Origin: Octopus vulgaris
Lineage: Eukaryota
Assembly (NCBI GenBank): GCA_951406725.2
Contig: OX597821.1
Location: forward strand, 109,554,001-109,618,000
Direction: 5' to 3'
DNA: 64,000 bases
The notes under the pieces were generated by a model that did not search any database, had not been told where the DNA came from, and saw only the letters and a program-made list of their open reading frames with translations. Of the stretch, positions 1 to 10,505 are shown one piece after another. Made by a program: the position numbers and the translations under genes. How positions within the stretch are numbered: the stretch's first letter is position 1; each line of letters begins with the position of its first letter.

Positions 1-64
1 GGTCGATGGTATCATCTTACCACCACCCCTCACCACCTCGAAATTACTGTCCTTGTACTAATAT

Positions 65-285
65 TTGAAACCAACACACACACACATACATACACGCATA
101 CATACACACATACATACATACATACATACATACATACATACAACGAGCTTCTTTCAGTTTCCATCTTCCAATCAAATCACAAGGCTTTGGTTGGCCCGAG
201 ACTATAGTGAAAGACATTTGCCGAAGGTGCCACGCAGTGGGACTGAACCTGGAACCGTGTGGATGAGAAGCCACGCCTGCGCCTG
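65..285 (-). mobile_element. SINE family A (tRNA-head, CORE-like, octopus OR-type), 5' half
   Basis: Reverse complement of head GGCGTGGCT...GGTTCAGTCCCACTGCGTGGCACCTTCGGCAAATGTC...; same sequence recurs more than 20 times in the window. Confidence 0.8.
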
Positions 286-502
286 TATAGTTACAATCAA
301 GGCACTCTAAATTTAGACTTCCAGGCGGCAGAGTGGACAGGAGTCGTTTGCGTGTAGTCCAGTGGTTAAAGTTTAGGTTACTAGTTGTGTAGGTTCCTCA
401 TGTTGAGTGATAGTTCTTCATGCCTTGATTCTAACAAAACATTTTCACTCAACCGTGTCGGCCTTCATGTTAGGCGCAAAATACACTGTTACGTAACACT
501 AA

Positions 503-860
503 AAACGCTGCCGCCGTGGTGATCTCATTCTCGCCCACAACATCATAAGCGGGAAGTGTAACCTCTCGAAAGAGCTGTTCTTCACTCCTGCTCCGGAGCG
601 TCGGCTGCGGGGTCATTCCGAAAAGCTCTACCTGCGATGATTTCATCTCAATCGAAGGAGAGGAGCTTTCTCCGTCCGGGTTGCGGATCCGTGGAACAAG
701 CTGCCAGACGAGATGGTGAAGATGCCGACGACCGCTTTGTTCAAAGCCTCCCTGGACCTCAAGTGGCCTGAACTCTTTACATGAACACCACCCTGTACTT
801 AACTCCATGTCCCCCTACATGGCCTTGCTATTTGCTTTTGAGCCAAATTAACTAACTAAC
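503..860 (+). mobile_element. 5'-truncated CR1-type LINE 3' end (ORF2 C-terminus + 3'UTR + (TAAC)n tail)
   Basis: Frame 503-784 reads KRCRRGDLILAHNII...LRGHSEKLYLR*FHLNRRRGAFSVRVADPWNKLPDEMV...FKASLD, the CR1 ORF2 C-terminal pattern; one CGA>TGA stop at 638; second copy at 22814. Confidence 0.8.
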
Positions 861-1105
861 GCACGGACGTAGCAGGAAATATACCAAAGGTTTTAAACTT
901 AATAACGTGTTCCTTCTCTACAAACACTTGACGGAAAATATTCAGAGCATTCCTTGTTTAGTATTGTCACTAGAAATATTCAGTCAACGGTGGCAAACCT
1001 TAACTTATGACGCCAAGCATTGTCACTTGATAAAAACACACGGACGTAGAGGGGGAACTTACAACAATTTCTAAGACTCAGTCAATCAAGTCCTATTCAA
1101 GACAT

Positions 1106-1395
1106 AGGGAGGTTCAATGGCCCAGTGGTTAGGACAGAGGACTCGCAGTCATATGATCACGGTTTCGATTTCCAGACAGGGTGTTTATTGAGCGAAAACA
1201 CCCAAAGCTCCACGAGGCTCCGGCAGGGAGTGGTAGCGAACCCCTCTGTACTCTTTCACCACAACTTTCTCACACTCTTTCTTCCTGTTTCTGTTGTACC
1301 TGTATTTCAAAGGGGCCAGCCTTGTCACACTCTGTGTCACGCTGAATCTCCCCAAGAACTACGTTAAGGGTACACGTGTCTGTGGAGTACTCAGA
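1106..1395 (+). mobile_element. Chimeric SINE: family C tRNA-like head joined to family D body
   Basis: Head ATGGCCCAGTGGTTAGG...GGTTTCGATTTCC (A/B boxes) matches 35299-35606; 1300-1395 matches the body of the SINEs at 29015-29333 and 31672-32297. Confidence 0.65.
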
Positions 1396-1535
1396 CGGAT
1401 AGAATAAGTACTAGGCTTACAAAGAATAAGTTCTGGGGTTGATTTCTTGGACTAAAACCATTTAAGCCGGTACTCCAGTATGGCCACAGTCAACTGACTA
1501 TAACAAGTAAACGAATAAAGGAATGTAAATATATA

Positions 1536-1921
1536 GGGGCAGGAGTGGATGTGTGGTAACTAGCTAGCTTACCAGCCACATGGTTCCGGGTTCAGTCTCA
1601 CTGCGTGGTACCTTGGGCGAGTGTCTTCCACTATAGCCTCAGGATGACCAAATCCTTGTGAGTGGATTTGGTAGACGGAAACTGAAAGAATCCCGTCGGA
1701 TATATATATATGTGTGTTTGTGTGTATGTATCTGTCTGTATATGTTTGCGCGTGTGTTTGTTCACCCAACATCGCTTGACAACTGATGCTGATATGTTTA
1801 CGTCTCCGTCACTTAGCGGTTCGGCAAAAGAGACCGATAGAATAAGTACTATGTTTGCTCCACTAAAGGCGGTGCTCCAGCATGGCCGCAATCAAATGAC
1901 TGGAACAAATAAAAGAATAAA
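1536..1921 (+). mobile_element. SINE family A, near full length
   Basis: Head GCAGGAGTGGATGTGTGG, CORE-like CCTTGGGCGAGTGTC, internal TA/TG microsatellite, tail GGCGGTGCTCCAGCATGGCC. Confidence 0.85.
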
Positions 1922-1932
1922 AACATATATGT

Positions 1933-2340
<408 letters not shown>

Positions 2341-3103
2341 CATATATACCTAATTATATTTATAGTTTTTGTTAGTTTTTTTTAGTTTTTTTTTTTTATT
2401 TCAAGCATCTGCATGTTCACTGCGTAAACTTACACGTCCTTATGTTTATCGTATTCGCAGACGCCCCTGTTTTTATCCAAAAACACCAAACACTATATAC
2501 ACCGAACAAGTGAACTAGATTTCGACGTTGGAACGGCGTCAGTCTGTCTGACCATTTCCCATTGTGATAGGTCTTGTCAGTTTATCACAAGTTTCTGGTA
2601 TTTTAGTATAGAAACTATAATAGTAACAATAGTTCACCCCAAGTATCTACATTATGACCAACAAGCAAGCACTTGTATCTCTCTTTTTCCCACCATTCTC
2701 TTCCTCCCCTTCAATCTCTCTCTCTCTCACGTGTTTTATGTACTTATCACCAATCACCCCCTCCCCCTTGGCGTCTATTTATATCCTTTTTACCTCCTTC
2801 CTCTTAGGAAGCAACGTTTTCTCTTTTTCCACTGACGACATATAAGGTGTGCGTGTATGTGTGCATATATGTGTGCGTATTTATATATACTTATATATGT
2901 GTCTGCTTATATATATATATACCAACCACATGGTTCCGTGTTCAGTCCCACTGCGTGTCCACTAGGACCAACCAAAGACTTGTGAGTGGATTTGATAGAC
3001 GGAAACTGAAGGAAGCCCGTCGTATATATATATATGTATATGAATATATATATATGTATACATACATATACATACATACACACACACACACACATATAAA
3101 TAT

Positions 3104-3134
<31 letters not shown>

Positions 3135-3135
<1 letters not shown>

Positions 3136-3263
3136 TTCTTTACTGCCCACAAGGGGCTAAACGAAGTCGACCTGGGCGGAATTTGAACTCAGAACGTAGC
3201 GGCAGACGAAATACCGCTAAGCATTTCGCCCGGAGTGCTAACGTTTCTGCCAGATCGCTGCCT
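3135..3263 (-). mobile_element. SINE family B, internally deleted
   Basis: Reverse complement of GGCAGCGATCTGGCAGAAACGTTAGCAC...GAGTTCAAATTCCGCC fused directly to tail TTTAGCCCCTTGTGGGCAGTAAGAAAT. Confidence 0.75.
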
Positions 3264-3280
3264 TAGAAATAAAAGGTTTA

Positions 3281-3352
3281 CGACCACGACGAGACTCGAA
3301 CTCGCAATCTTCTGATTCGAAGTCAGACGCCTTATCCATTAGGCCACGATAT

Positions 3353-3353
<1 letters not shown>
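3281..3353 (-). tRNA. tRNA-Arg-TCG: tRNA-Arg(UCG), probable pseudogene (5' acceptor strand lost)
   Basis: Minus strand reads CGTGGCCTAATGGATAAGGCGTCTGACTTCGAATCAGAAGATTGCGAGTTCGAGTCTCGTCGTGGTCG: D arm, anticodon stem TCTGA/TCAGA with TCG, T arm GCGAG/CTCGT, downstream TTTT. The 5' acceptor should be GACCACG but reads TATATCG. Confidence 0.85.
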
Positions 3354-3416
<63 letters not shown>

Positions 3417-3435
3417 ACACATATATATATATATA

Positions 3436-3879
3436 CCTAAATGGAACAAAAGTGAAATGGAGGACATTGAAACATTCGGACAGATAGACGATAAAAAGAC
3501 GGACAAGAGAAACAACAATTAGAAGGGCAGGCAAAAAAAGACGGGTCATTCGTAGCTTTCTTTCCTCGGTCAAGTTCCAGAAGTCAAGACCAATTTGGGT
3601 AGTTACACTTAGGATGTTTCTATCTGGTTGCCACCAAAAAGTCTAGGCTAAGGGCATTGGATCCCTTTGCAAGAAAGCTAGCGACTGTGTACGGCAACAG
3701 AAACTGAAAAAAAAAACGGAGCACGTGGTACACATTCAGGAAAACAAACAGCAAGAAATAACAACAGGTGTCTTTCGACTGAGAACAAATAAAAGTGAGC
3801 TGGCATGTATGAAGTGAAAGCCTAAAGGCATGAACATAGGAGATGGACATAAGAAGTGTTGGCGGTCGGCAGTCAAGCC

Positions 3880-3880
<1 letters not shown>
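3436..3880 (-). repeat. Unclassified interspersed repeat family X, (TA)n-flanked
   Basis: Shared blocks (GGTGTCTTTCGACT, GGGTCATTCG...TTTCCTC, GCTAAG..CA.T.GATTCCTT) with 4190-4895 (+), 13420-14015 (-) and 57710-57950 (+). Confidence 0.6.
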
Positions 3881-3935
<55 letters not shown>

Positions 3936-3939
<4 letters not shown>

Positions 3940-4086
3940 AGTAAACACATAAATGTGAAACAAGGTGGAAAAAAGAGTACTCAAATACTAGTGGTAGAGT
4001 AATATGCTTTATTTAAAGCGGCAGAAAATTCAACGGGAAACTCAGAGTAACAGGTTTTGTTGAATTTTCTGCTGCTTTAAATAAAG

Positions 4087-4091
<5 letters not shown>
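3936..4091. mobile_element. Hammerhead-family element with short inverted repeat (same family as 5665-5900)
   Basis: Arms ATATGCTTTATTTAAAGCGGCAGAAAATTCAAC / GTTGAATTTTCTGCTGCTTTAAATAAAGTATAT; centre keeps the 3' half of the ribozyme, GAAACTCAGAGTAACAG; flanked by (TA)n. Confidence 0.7.
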
Positions 4092-4121
<30 letters not shown>

Positions 4122-4189
4122 ACAACAGGAAAAGGGGTATTTCGATTATCCCCACCTGAGTTGTAATATATATATAAGAATTTAAAGAA

Positions 4190-4894
4190 AGGAAAATACA
4201 CACACTTTGACGACTCTATTTCTCTCTATCAGCCCTTTCACGCTTATTCGTTCATTCCACTCTTCTTTCATTCGTTTCCCCTCTCTCACATTTCTTTACC
4301 TTCTATTCTTACTCACTTTTCCTCAACTTTTCACTTCACTGTGTCCCTGTTATTTTTTCTCGCCCCTCCTTAATTCTTCTGTCCCTCTGCTTCTACTTCT
4401 CTCTCTTCTATTCCCACGTGACCGCCGTTAGGTCAAGCCTGTTCTTTCTTTCTTGGTCTGACCGTTGTCCGTGCAACATCGATATTCTTCTGTGTGTCTG
4501 TGAAATGTTGGTATCTCTGCCATTTACACACGCGTCAGCTTAATTCAGTTCGTCCTTAGTCGAAAGACACCTATTGTTATGTCCTGTTATTATTTTTATT
4601 GTATTTATATTCGTGTAACATTGTCCGTTTTTTCCGTCCTTGTTTTTGTATACATTCGCTGCTTTCTTCCAAGGAATCTAATTCTCTTAGTTTAGTTTTT
4701 CCTTAAGACATGCCAGATTAGAGCAATCTCGAGAATAATCAGCCGAAATTGCGAGGATAATCTGGTGCTTGACTGACGAAAGAAAACTTCGAATGACTCG
4801 TCCTTGTTTTCTTTGTATCGTCAATCTGGATGTTTTGTTGTCCCGTTTTGTATCACCTAGCTGTCCGGATGCTTTGCGTTCTTGTCCCATTTTG

Positions 4895-4895
<1 letters not shown>
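4190..4895 (+). repeat. Unclassified interspersed repeat family X
   Basis: Clearly similar to 57710-57950 and to the reverse complement of 13420-14015. Confidence 0.65.
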
Positions 4896-4932
<37 letters not shown>

Positions 4933-5018
4933 CGAAGAGCAAACAGAAAAAATAACAGCGCGAGGACGTGATACATGTAAAGTAATAGCAGACGGTGAGG
5001 GAAGGAAAGAGAAAGGTG

Positions 5019-5054
5019 GTTTTACGTTTCGAGCAAAAGCTCTCCTTCAGAAAC
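5019..5054 (-). ncRNA. Minimal hammerhead ribozyme (family H1, variant core)
   Basis: Minus strand: GTTT-CTGAAGG-A-GAGC tttt GCTC-GAAAC-GTA-AAAC; stem I GTTT/AAAC, palindromic stem III ACGT; A9>G. Confidence 0.6.
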
Positions 5055-5164
5055 AGGAAACAGAATAAAATCCAATATAAAAAGGAAGACGGAGGGAAAA
5101 AATATGTATATATATATATATATATACATATATACATACATACATACATACATACATACATACA

Positions 5165-5200
<36 letters not shown>

Positions 5201-5214
5201 TGTATGTATATATA

Positions 5215-5628
5215 CTCTTTTACTCTTTTACTCTTTTACTTGTTTCAGTCATTTGACTGCGGCCATGCTGGAGCACCGCCTTTTAATCGAGCAACTCGAC
5301 CCCGGGACTTATTCTTTTGTAAGCCCAGTACTTATTCTATCGGTCTCTTTTGCCTAACCGCTAAGTAACGGGGACATAAACACACCAGCATCGGTTGTCA
5401 AGCAATGCTAGGGGAAAAACACAGACACACAAACACACACACGCATATATATACATATACATATATACGACGGGCTTCTTTCAGTTTCCGTCTACCAAAT
5501 CCACTCACAAGGCTTTGGTCGGCCCGAGGCTATAGTAGAAGACACTTGCCCAAGATGCCACGCAGTGGGACTGAACCCGGAAGCATGTGGTTGGTAGACA
5601 AGCTACTTACCACACAGCCACTCCTGCA

Positions 5629-5631
<3 letters not shown>
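5215..5631 (-). mobile_element. SINE family A, full length, young
   Basis: Nearly identical to 14476-14898, 38667-39065, 58678-59082 and 60963-61375. Confidence 0.9.
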
Positions 5632-5664
<33 letters not shown>

Positions 5665-5665
<1 letters not shown>

Positions 5666-5828
5666 TTTATTTTAAGCAGCAGAAAATTCAACAAAATCTG
5701 TTACTCTGAGTTTCTCGTTGCCGTTCATCAGACAGTTTTTGCTAGAATCTAGCAAAACTGTCTGATGAACGGCAACGAGAAACTCAGAGTAACAGATTTT
5801 GTTGAATTTTCTGCTGCTTAAAATAAAG
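5665..5828. repeat. Near-perfect 164-bp palindrome carrying a hammerhead on each strand
   Basis: Arms of ~82 bp, centre at 5747, differing only by one T in a T-run. Confidence 0.95.
5758..5795 (+). ncRNA. Minimal hammerhead ribozyme (family H2); mirror copy on minus strand at 5698-5735
   Basis: CTGT-CTGATGA-ACG gcaa CGA-GAAA-CTC a GAG-TA-ACAG: canonical CUGAUGA/GAAA core, GUA cleavage triplet, stem I CTGT/ACAG; first pair of stem II mismatched. Confidence 0.75.
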
Positions 5829-5901
5829 CATATTACTCTACCACTGGTATTTGAGTACTCTTTTTTCCACCTTGTTTCACATTTATGTGTTTACTCCGGT
5901 A

Positions 5902-5997
<96 letters not shown>

Positions 5998-6026
5998 TTA
6001 CAGTAATGGAATTCTTATTACTGTAA

Positions 6027-6103
<77 letters not shown>

Positions 6104-6741
6104 CAGTAATAAGAATTCCATATAACAAAAAGATGTTTTGGGTGTATAGAAAAGTCTGTATCATCAGATGTTCCGATACACTCTCATTTGCGAAGTACAT
6201 GCAACCTCAGCTAAATGTGTCAAGTGATGTTGCCTTAGATGTGTACACTTATATACATACATACATGTGTGTTTGTATATATCTATGTGTGTGTGTGTGT
6301 GTTTTATGTTTGTGTGTGTAAAATAACAGTAAGAATTTCGCTTAAATAACCAATTTCGTGGGTGTGTAGGACAAGTCCACCTTGTCAGATGTTCTGAGGC
6401 ACACTCAGTTATTAAGTACATGTAACTCTAATTATATCTGTCAAGTGTTCCTCTCTTAAATATGTTCACTCATTGACCCACACACACACACACACACACA
6501 CACATCCACACACACGCACGCACATGCATACGTACACACATACACGAACACACCCACCCACGCACATACACAGACACGTGCACAGACACACGCAACACAC
6601 GCATACACACGTACACACATACAGACATAGACACACACGCACGCACACACGCGCGCGTACACGCACACATACACACATGTATACAAATACGCACACAGAC
6701 ACATATACAGACGTCACCTTAGTGACATCTATACTTGTGCC

Positions 6742-6922
6742 TTTTGTACATTATTTACATTATTTACATTATTTACACTATTTACATTTGATGGATATTT
6801 GTCTTCATCTGGTTTGTTGTTAACACAACGTTTCGGCTGATATAGCCTCCAGCCTTCATCAGAAGTCTTGTGGAAATTTCGAACCTGGGTTCTCATTCCT
6901 AAGATAATTTTCGATGTTGTTA

Positions 6923-6969
<47 letters not shown>

Positions 6970-7131
6970 GCAACATCGCAAAATACCTTAGGAATGAGAA
7001 CCCAGGTTCGAAATTTCCCCCAAGACACCTGATGAAAGCTGGAGAGTATATCAGCCGAAACGTTGTGTTAACAACAAACAAGATGAGGACAAATATCCGT
7101 CAAATGTAAATAATGTAGATAATGTACAAAA
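6742..7131. repeat. ~390-bp inverted repeat with (ATT)n spacer, hammerhead in each arm (Penelope-like inverted pLTR)
   Basis: Arms ~6742-6922 and ~6968-7131 are diverged reverse complements; (TTTACATTA)n subrepeats at the outer ends. Confidence 0.9.
7024..7069 (+). ncRNA. Minimal hammerhead ribozyme (family H3); mirror copy on minus strand at 6822-6867
   Basis: GACAC-CTGATGA-A-AGCTG gagagtatat CAGCC-GAAAC-GTT-GTGTT; stem I GACAC/GTGTT; the minus copy has a perfect GGCTG/CAGCC stem II. Confidence 0.75.
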
Positions 7132-8303
7132 TTCCTCATCTCTTTGCAAAGGCCTTTGATAAAGTCGATCATGGAATGATATGTCACAAACTGCGTGATC
7201 TCAACATAGTTGGAAAACTGGGAGAATGGCTTCATGACTTTCTGAAAGATAGAAGTCAGGTGGTAGTGGCCACTTCCATTAACACGCAAATAGTGAGCGG
7301 TGTTCCGCAGGGCACTGTTCTGGGACCACTACTGTTCATAATGGCCCTCTCAGACATGCCCTCAGCCACGCAGAGAGCCACGATCACAAGTTATGCAGAT
7401 GATACAAAAGTTTCACAGGCAATACAGAACCCTGAGGACACTAAACACCTGCAATGTGAGCTAGACAAAATATACAAGTGGGCCGAAAAGAATAGCATGC
7501 AGTTCAATGCTGAAAAGTTTCAAGCTCTATACTATCAGCATGCAAAACTAAATGCAATACCCAATGAATACACTGGACCCGGAGGAATAGCAATCCCAGA
7601 GGCACAATCAGTGCGTGACCTAGGTATTTACATGAGTGATGACGCGACCTTTCGTGTACATGTTGCTAAATTGGCAATGAAATGTAGACGACTGGCCGGA
7701 TGGATCCTCAGAACCTTTAGAACAAGAGAACAAGAAACCATGATGGTTCCCTGGAGGACACTTGTCCTAAGCCACTTTGACTACTGCTCTCAGTTATGGT
7801 CACCATCCAGTGTCAAGTTGATCACAGAGCTCGAGGCGATCCAACGTAGCTACACGAAGAAGATAGCCTCTATGCAGAATGTAAGCTACTGGGAAAGACT
7901 CAGGAAATTAAAATTATATTCCCTGGAGCGTAGGCGGGAAAGATATGCCATAATATACATCTGGAAGATCCTGGAGGGAAGTGTCCTGAACTTTGGCATC
8001 GAGAGTTACGCAAATGCCAGAACTGGGCGCCACTGCGTGGTGCCTAGGACTCCAAACTTGCCATCAAGATGTAGGACAAGATTCTGTGATAGCCTGGGCT
8101 TCCGAGACCCACAGCTCTTCAATATCCTCCCGAAGAACCTGAGAGACCTGCATGGGGTGGATACAGATGTCTTTAAAATGAAGCTGGATCTCTTCCTGTC
8201 AGGTGTCCCAGATGAACCAACTTCACGGCAGGAGGGGCAGATGAGGGCAGCTGCATCGAACTCTCTCATGCACCAAATAGCAGCTGCTAGAAAGCCTTCA
8301 TGA
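7122..8303 (+). CDS. LINE ORF2 reverse transcriptase, 5'-truncated (CR1/L2-group non-LTR retrotransposon)
   Basis: FAKAFDKVDH, SGVPQGTVLGPLLF, YADDTK, RDLGI, LERRRERYAIIYIWKIL, FKMKLDLFL; open for 393 codons. The first ~7 residues come from the adjacent palindrome and real homology starts at ~7142. Confidence 0.93.
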   Translation: MYKIPHLFAKAFDKVDHGMICHKLRDLNIVGKLGEWLHDFLKDRSQVVVATSINTQIVSGVPQGTVLGPLLFIMALSDMPSATQRATITSYADDTKVSQAIQNPEDTKHLQCELDKIYKWAEKNSMQFNAEKFQALYYQHAKLNAIPNEYTGPGGIAIPEAQSVRDLGIYMSDDATFRVHVAKLAMKCRRLAGWILRTFRTREQETMMVPWRTLVLSHFDYCSQLWSPSSVKLITELEAIQRSYTKKIASMQNVSYWERLRKLKLYSLERRRERYAIIYIWKILEGSVLNFGIESYANARTGRHCVVPRTPNLPSRCRTRFCDSLGFRDPQLFNILPKNLRDLHGVDTDVFKMKLDLFLSGVPDEPTSRQEGQMRAAASNSLMHQIAAARKPS

Positions 8304-8398
8304 AGTGAAACCAAGTAGCAACACCAAATGGCGGTGCCCCAGCATGGCCACAGCTCATAAGCTGAAACTGGAAAAATCAAAATCAAATCAATCAAATC
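7142..8398 (+). mobile_element. 5'-truncated LINE including 3'UTR and (ATCAA)n tail
   Basis: RT ORF followed by GGCGGTGCCCCAGCATGGCCACAGCTCATAAGCTGAAAC and AAATCAAAATCAAATCAATCAAATC. Confidence 0.9.
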
Positions 8399-8716
8399 AT
8401 AGAACTGTATTGTGCCTTTTGGTTGTAATTTGGGAATAAGCCACCTTCGTAATTTTTAATTCCCGAGCGGAAGTCAAAACTTATCTGCACTTTTGCCATA
8501 ACATATCTTTATGTTATAATAAACTATATCCTCTGTATAGATTACATTATAACACGCACTACAAGGCTGAAAACTACGTAAAGCGCTTAACACAACACAA
8601 ATCCTTCCTTCCAAAACGTTTATGTCATTCTATATTTCTTCAAGATCTTTTTATATGAGTAATAATTTTTAACTGAAAAAAATCATTCTTCAAATGTATA
8701 TGTGTTTGTTCATATA

Positions 8717-9060
8717 TCTTTAAATATAAAACTGTAGTTGTGTGAGTGTCTGTCCCCTTCGATTTAGATTCCTAACTACTCCCACATTTTGCAATGCAAT
8801 TTAACCAAAACCGGGTATCTTATAGTCGTGATTCATATCAAGCCCTTCTGTGTATTAGCGCGCGTCTACGATGAGTCTACAATTTTAAAAATAATTTAAC
8901 ATCATTTTTTTCCATTTTAACGCATATCTTTTAAATAAAGGGAAGTACCTCTCTAAAAATGTCTACGATGAGTCAACGATTTAAAAAAAAATTTACCATA
9001 ATTTTTTTTCCATTTTTAATGCATTTTTTGCTATTTTTTGGCTATAACTCTCTAAATATA
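8717..9060 (+). mobile_element. Possible non-autonomous Helitron 5' part
   Basis: Begins A|TCTTTAAATATAAAACTGTAGTTGTGTGAGTGTCTGT, similar to invertebrate Helitron 5' ends; internal repeat GTCTACGATGAGTC twice; no CTAG end found. Confidence 0.35.
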
Positions 9061-9144
9061 TATATTATATATATATATATATATATATGTGTGTATATAT
9101 ATATGTGTATATATATATTTATATTTGTGTATATATATATATAT

Positions 9145-9182
<38 letters not shown>

Positions 9183-9206
9183 GAATTACGAAAGCTTGAG
9201 CCAGGC

Positions 9207-9254
<48 letters not shown>

Positions 9255-9295
9255 GTATATATATATATATATGTGTAATTAAAATTTTAACAAAA

Positions 9296-9333
9296 CTGTC
9301 CGACGAACGGGAACGTGAAACTCCGAGTAACAG
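9296..9333 (+). ncRNA. Minimal hammerhead ribozyme (family H2, U4C variant)
   Basis: CTGT-CCGACGA-ACG ggaa CGT-GAAA-CTC c GAG-TA-ACAG; GNRA-capped stem II; stem I extendable via AACAAAAC/GTTTTGTT; element lies between (TA)n tracts. Confidence 0.65.
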
Positions 9334-9481
9334 GTTTTGTTGAATTTCTGCTGCTTTTATATAAAGTATATATACACACATATATATATATCTATATATA
9401 CATATATATACATATATATACAAATATATATATATACATGCATATATATATAGATGTATATATATACACATATACATATAC

Positions 9482-9553
<72 letters not shown>

Positions 9554-10079
9554 GTATATGTATATGTGTATATATATATATATACATCTATACACACATG
9601 TTTATGTATGCGTATATATGTGTCGTTTGTATGTATAGGTGTAGGTGTCACATACATAAGACAGCACGTACATTATAGCAACAACACAAACATTAGCTTA
9701 AAGTATTATGGTAATGTAATCCTTAGTGAGTTTCTATAAAGAAAAACAACAAACAAACCTGCTATTGATATCTCGTTTCTAAGTTGAGGAAACTGAATTT
9801 TAATAGAGCCTAGACTCAATTGTGTGTCTGTTCAACAAGAGGATATGTCGGTAGATAAAGAATTTAGAAACAAAATCCTTTGCAATGAAAAAGTTAAATA
9901 TGGAGTCACGGCCAAGCGTATTTAATCTCGTTATGAGATTAGGCCACGTGGTACAACCACATGGAATGAGGAATGAACCGACTAATTCCACTGTACGTTA
10001 GACTTTTTAGGAATCGCTTAAATCTTAGTCCCAATTTGTCGGGTGATAATAACGTAAATTTACTTATATAAAAACGTAC

Positions 10080-10243
10080 ACGTGGGTGCGTTATAAGAAG
10101 TATGATTCTCAACCACATTGTTCCCGGTTCAGTCCCACTGCGTGGCACCTTGGGCGAGTGTCTTTTACTATAGCCTCGGGCCGACCAAAGCCTTGTGAGT
10201 GGATTTGGTAGACGGAAACCGAAAGAAGCTTGTCGTATATATT

Positions 10244-10286
<43 letters not shown>

Positions 10287-10505
10287 TTGTAAGTGTGTAG
10301 CTGTGTGTCTGTGTTTGTTACCCCCATCATCGCTTGACAACCGATTTTTGTGTGTTTACGTCCCCGTAACTTAGCGGCTAGGCAAAAGAGATTGATAGAG
10401 TAATACTAGGCTTACTAAGAATAAGTTCTGGGGTCGATTCGTTCGACTAAAGGTGGTGCTCCAGCATGGCCGCAGTCAAATGACTGAAACAAGTAAAAGA
10501 AATAA
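10080..10505 (+). mobile_element. SINE family A, near full length
   Basis: Head, CORE-like block, internal microsatellite and tail all present. Confidence 0.85.

Noticed and set aside
1116-1180. tRNA-like heads here and at 32351, 35535-35606, 50730-50802 and 55689
   Set aside because: A/B boxes are present but there is no full cloverleaf; these are SINE heads, not tRNA genes.
2545-2590. Minus-strand CTGACAA-GACC...GGTC resembling a hammerhead 5' core and stem II
   Set aside because: No GAAA and no stem I or III.
6742-6790. (TTTACATTA)n short direct repeats, and regularly spaced SINE tails, as CRISPR-like arrays
   Set aside because: No unique spacers, eukaryotic context and no cas genes.
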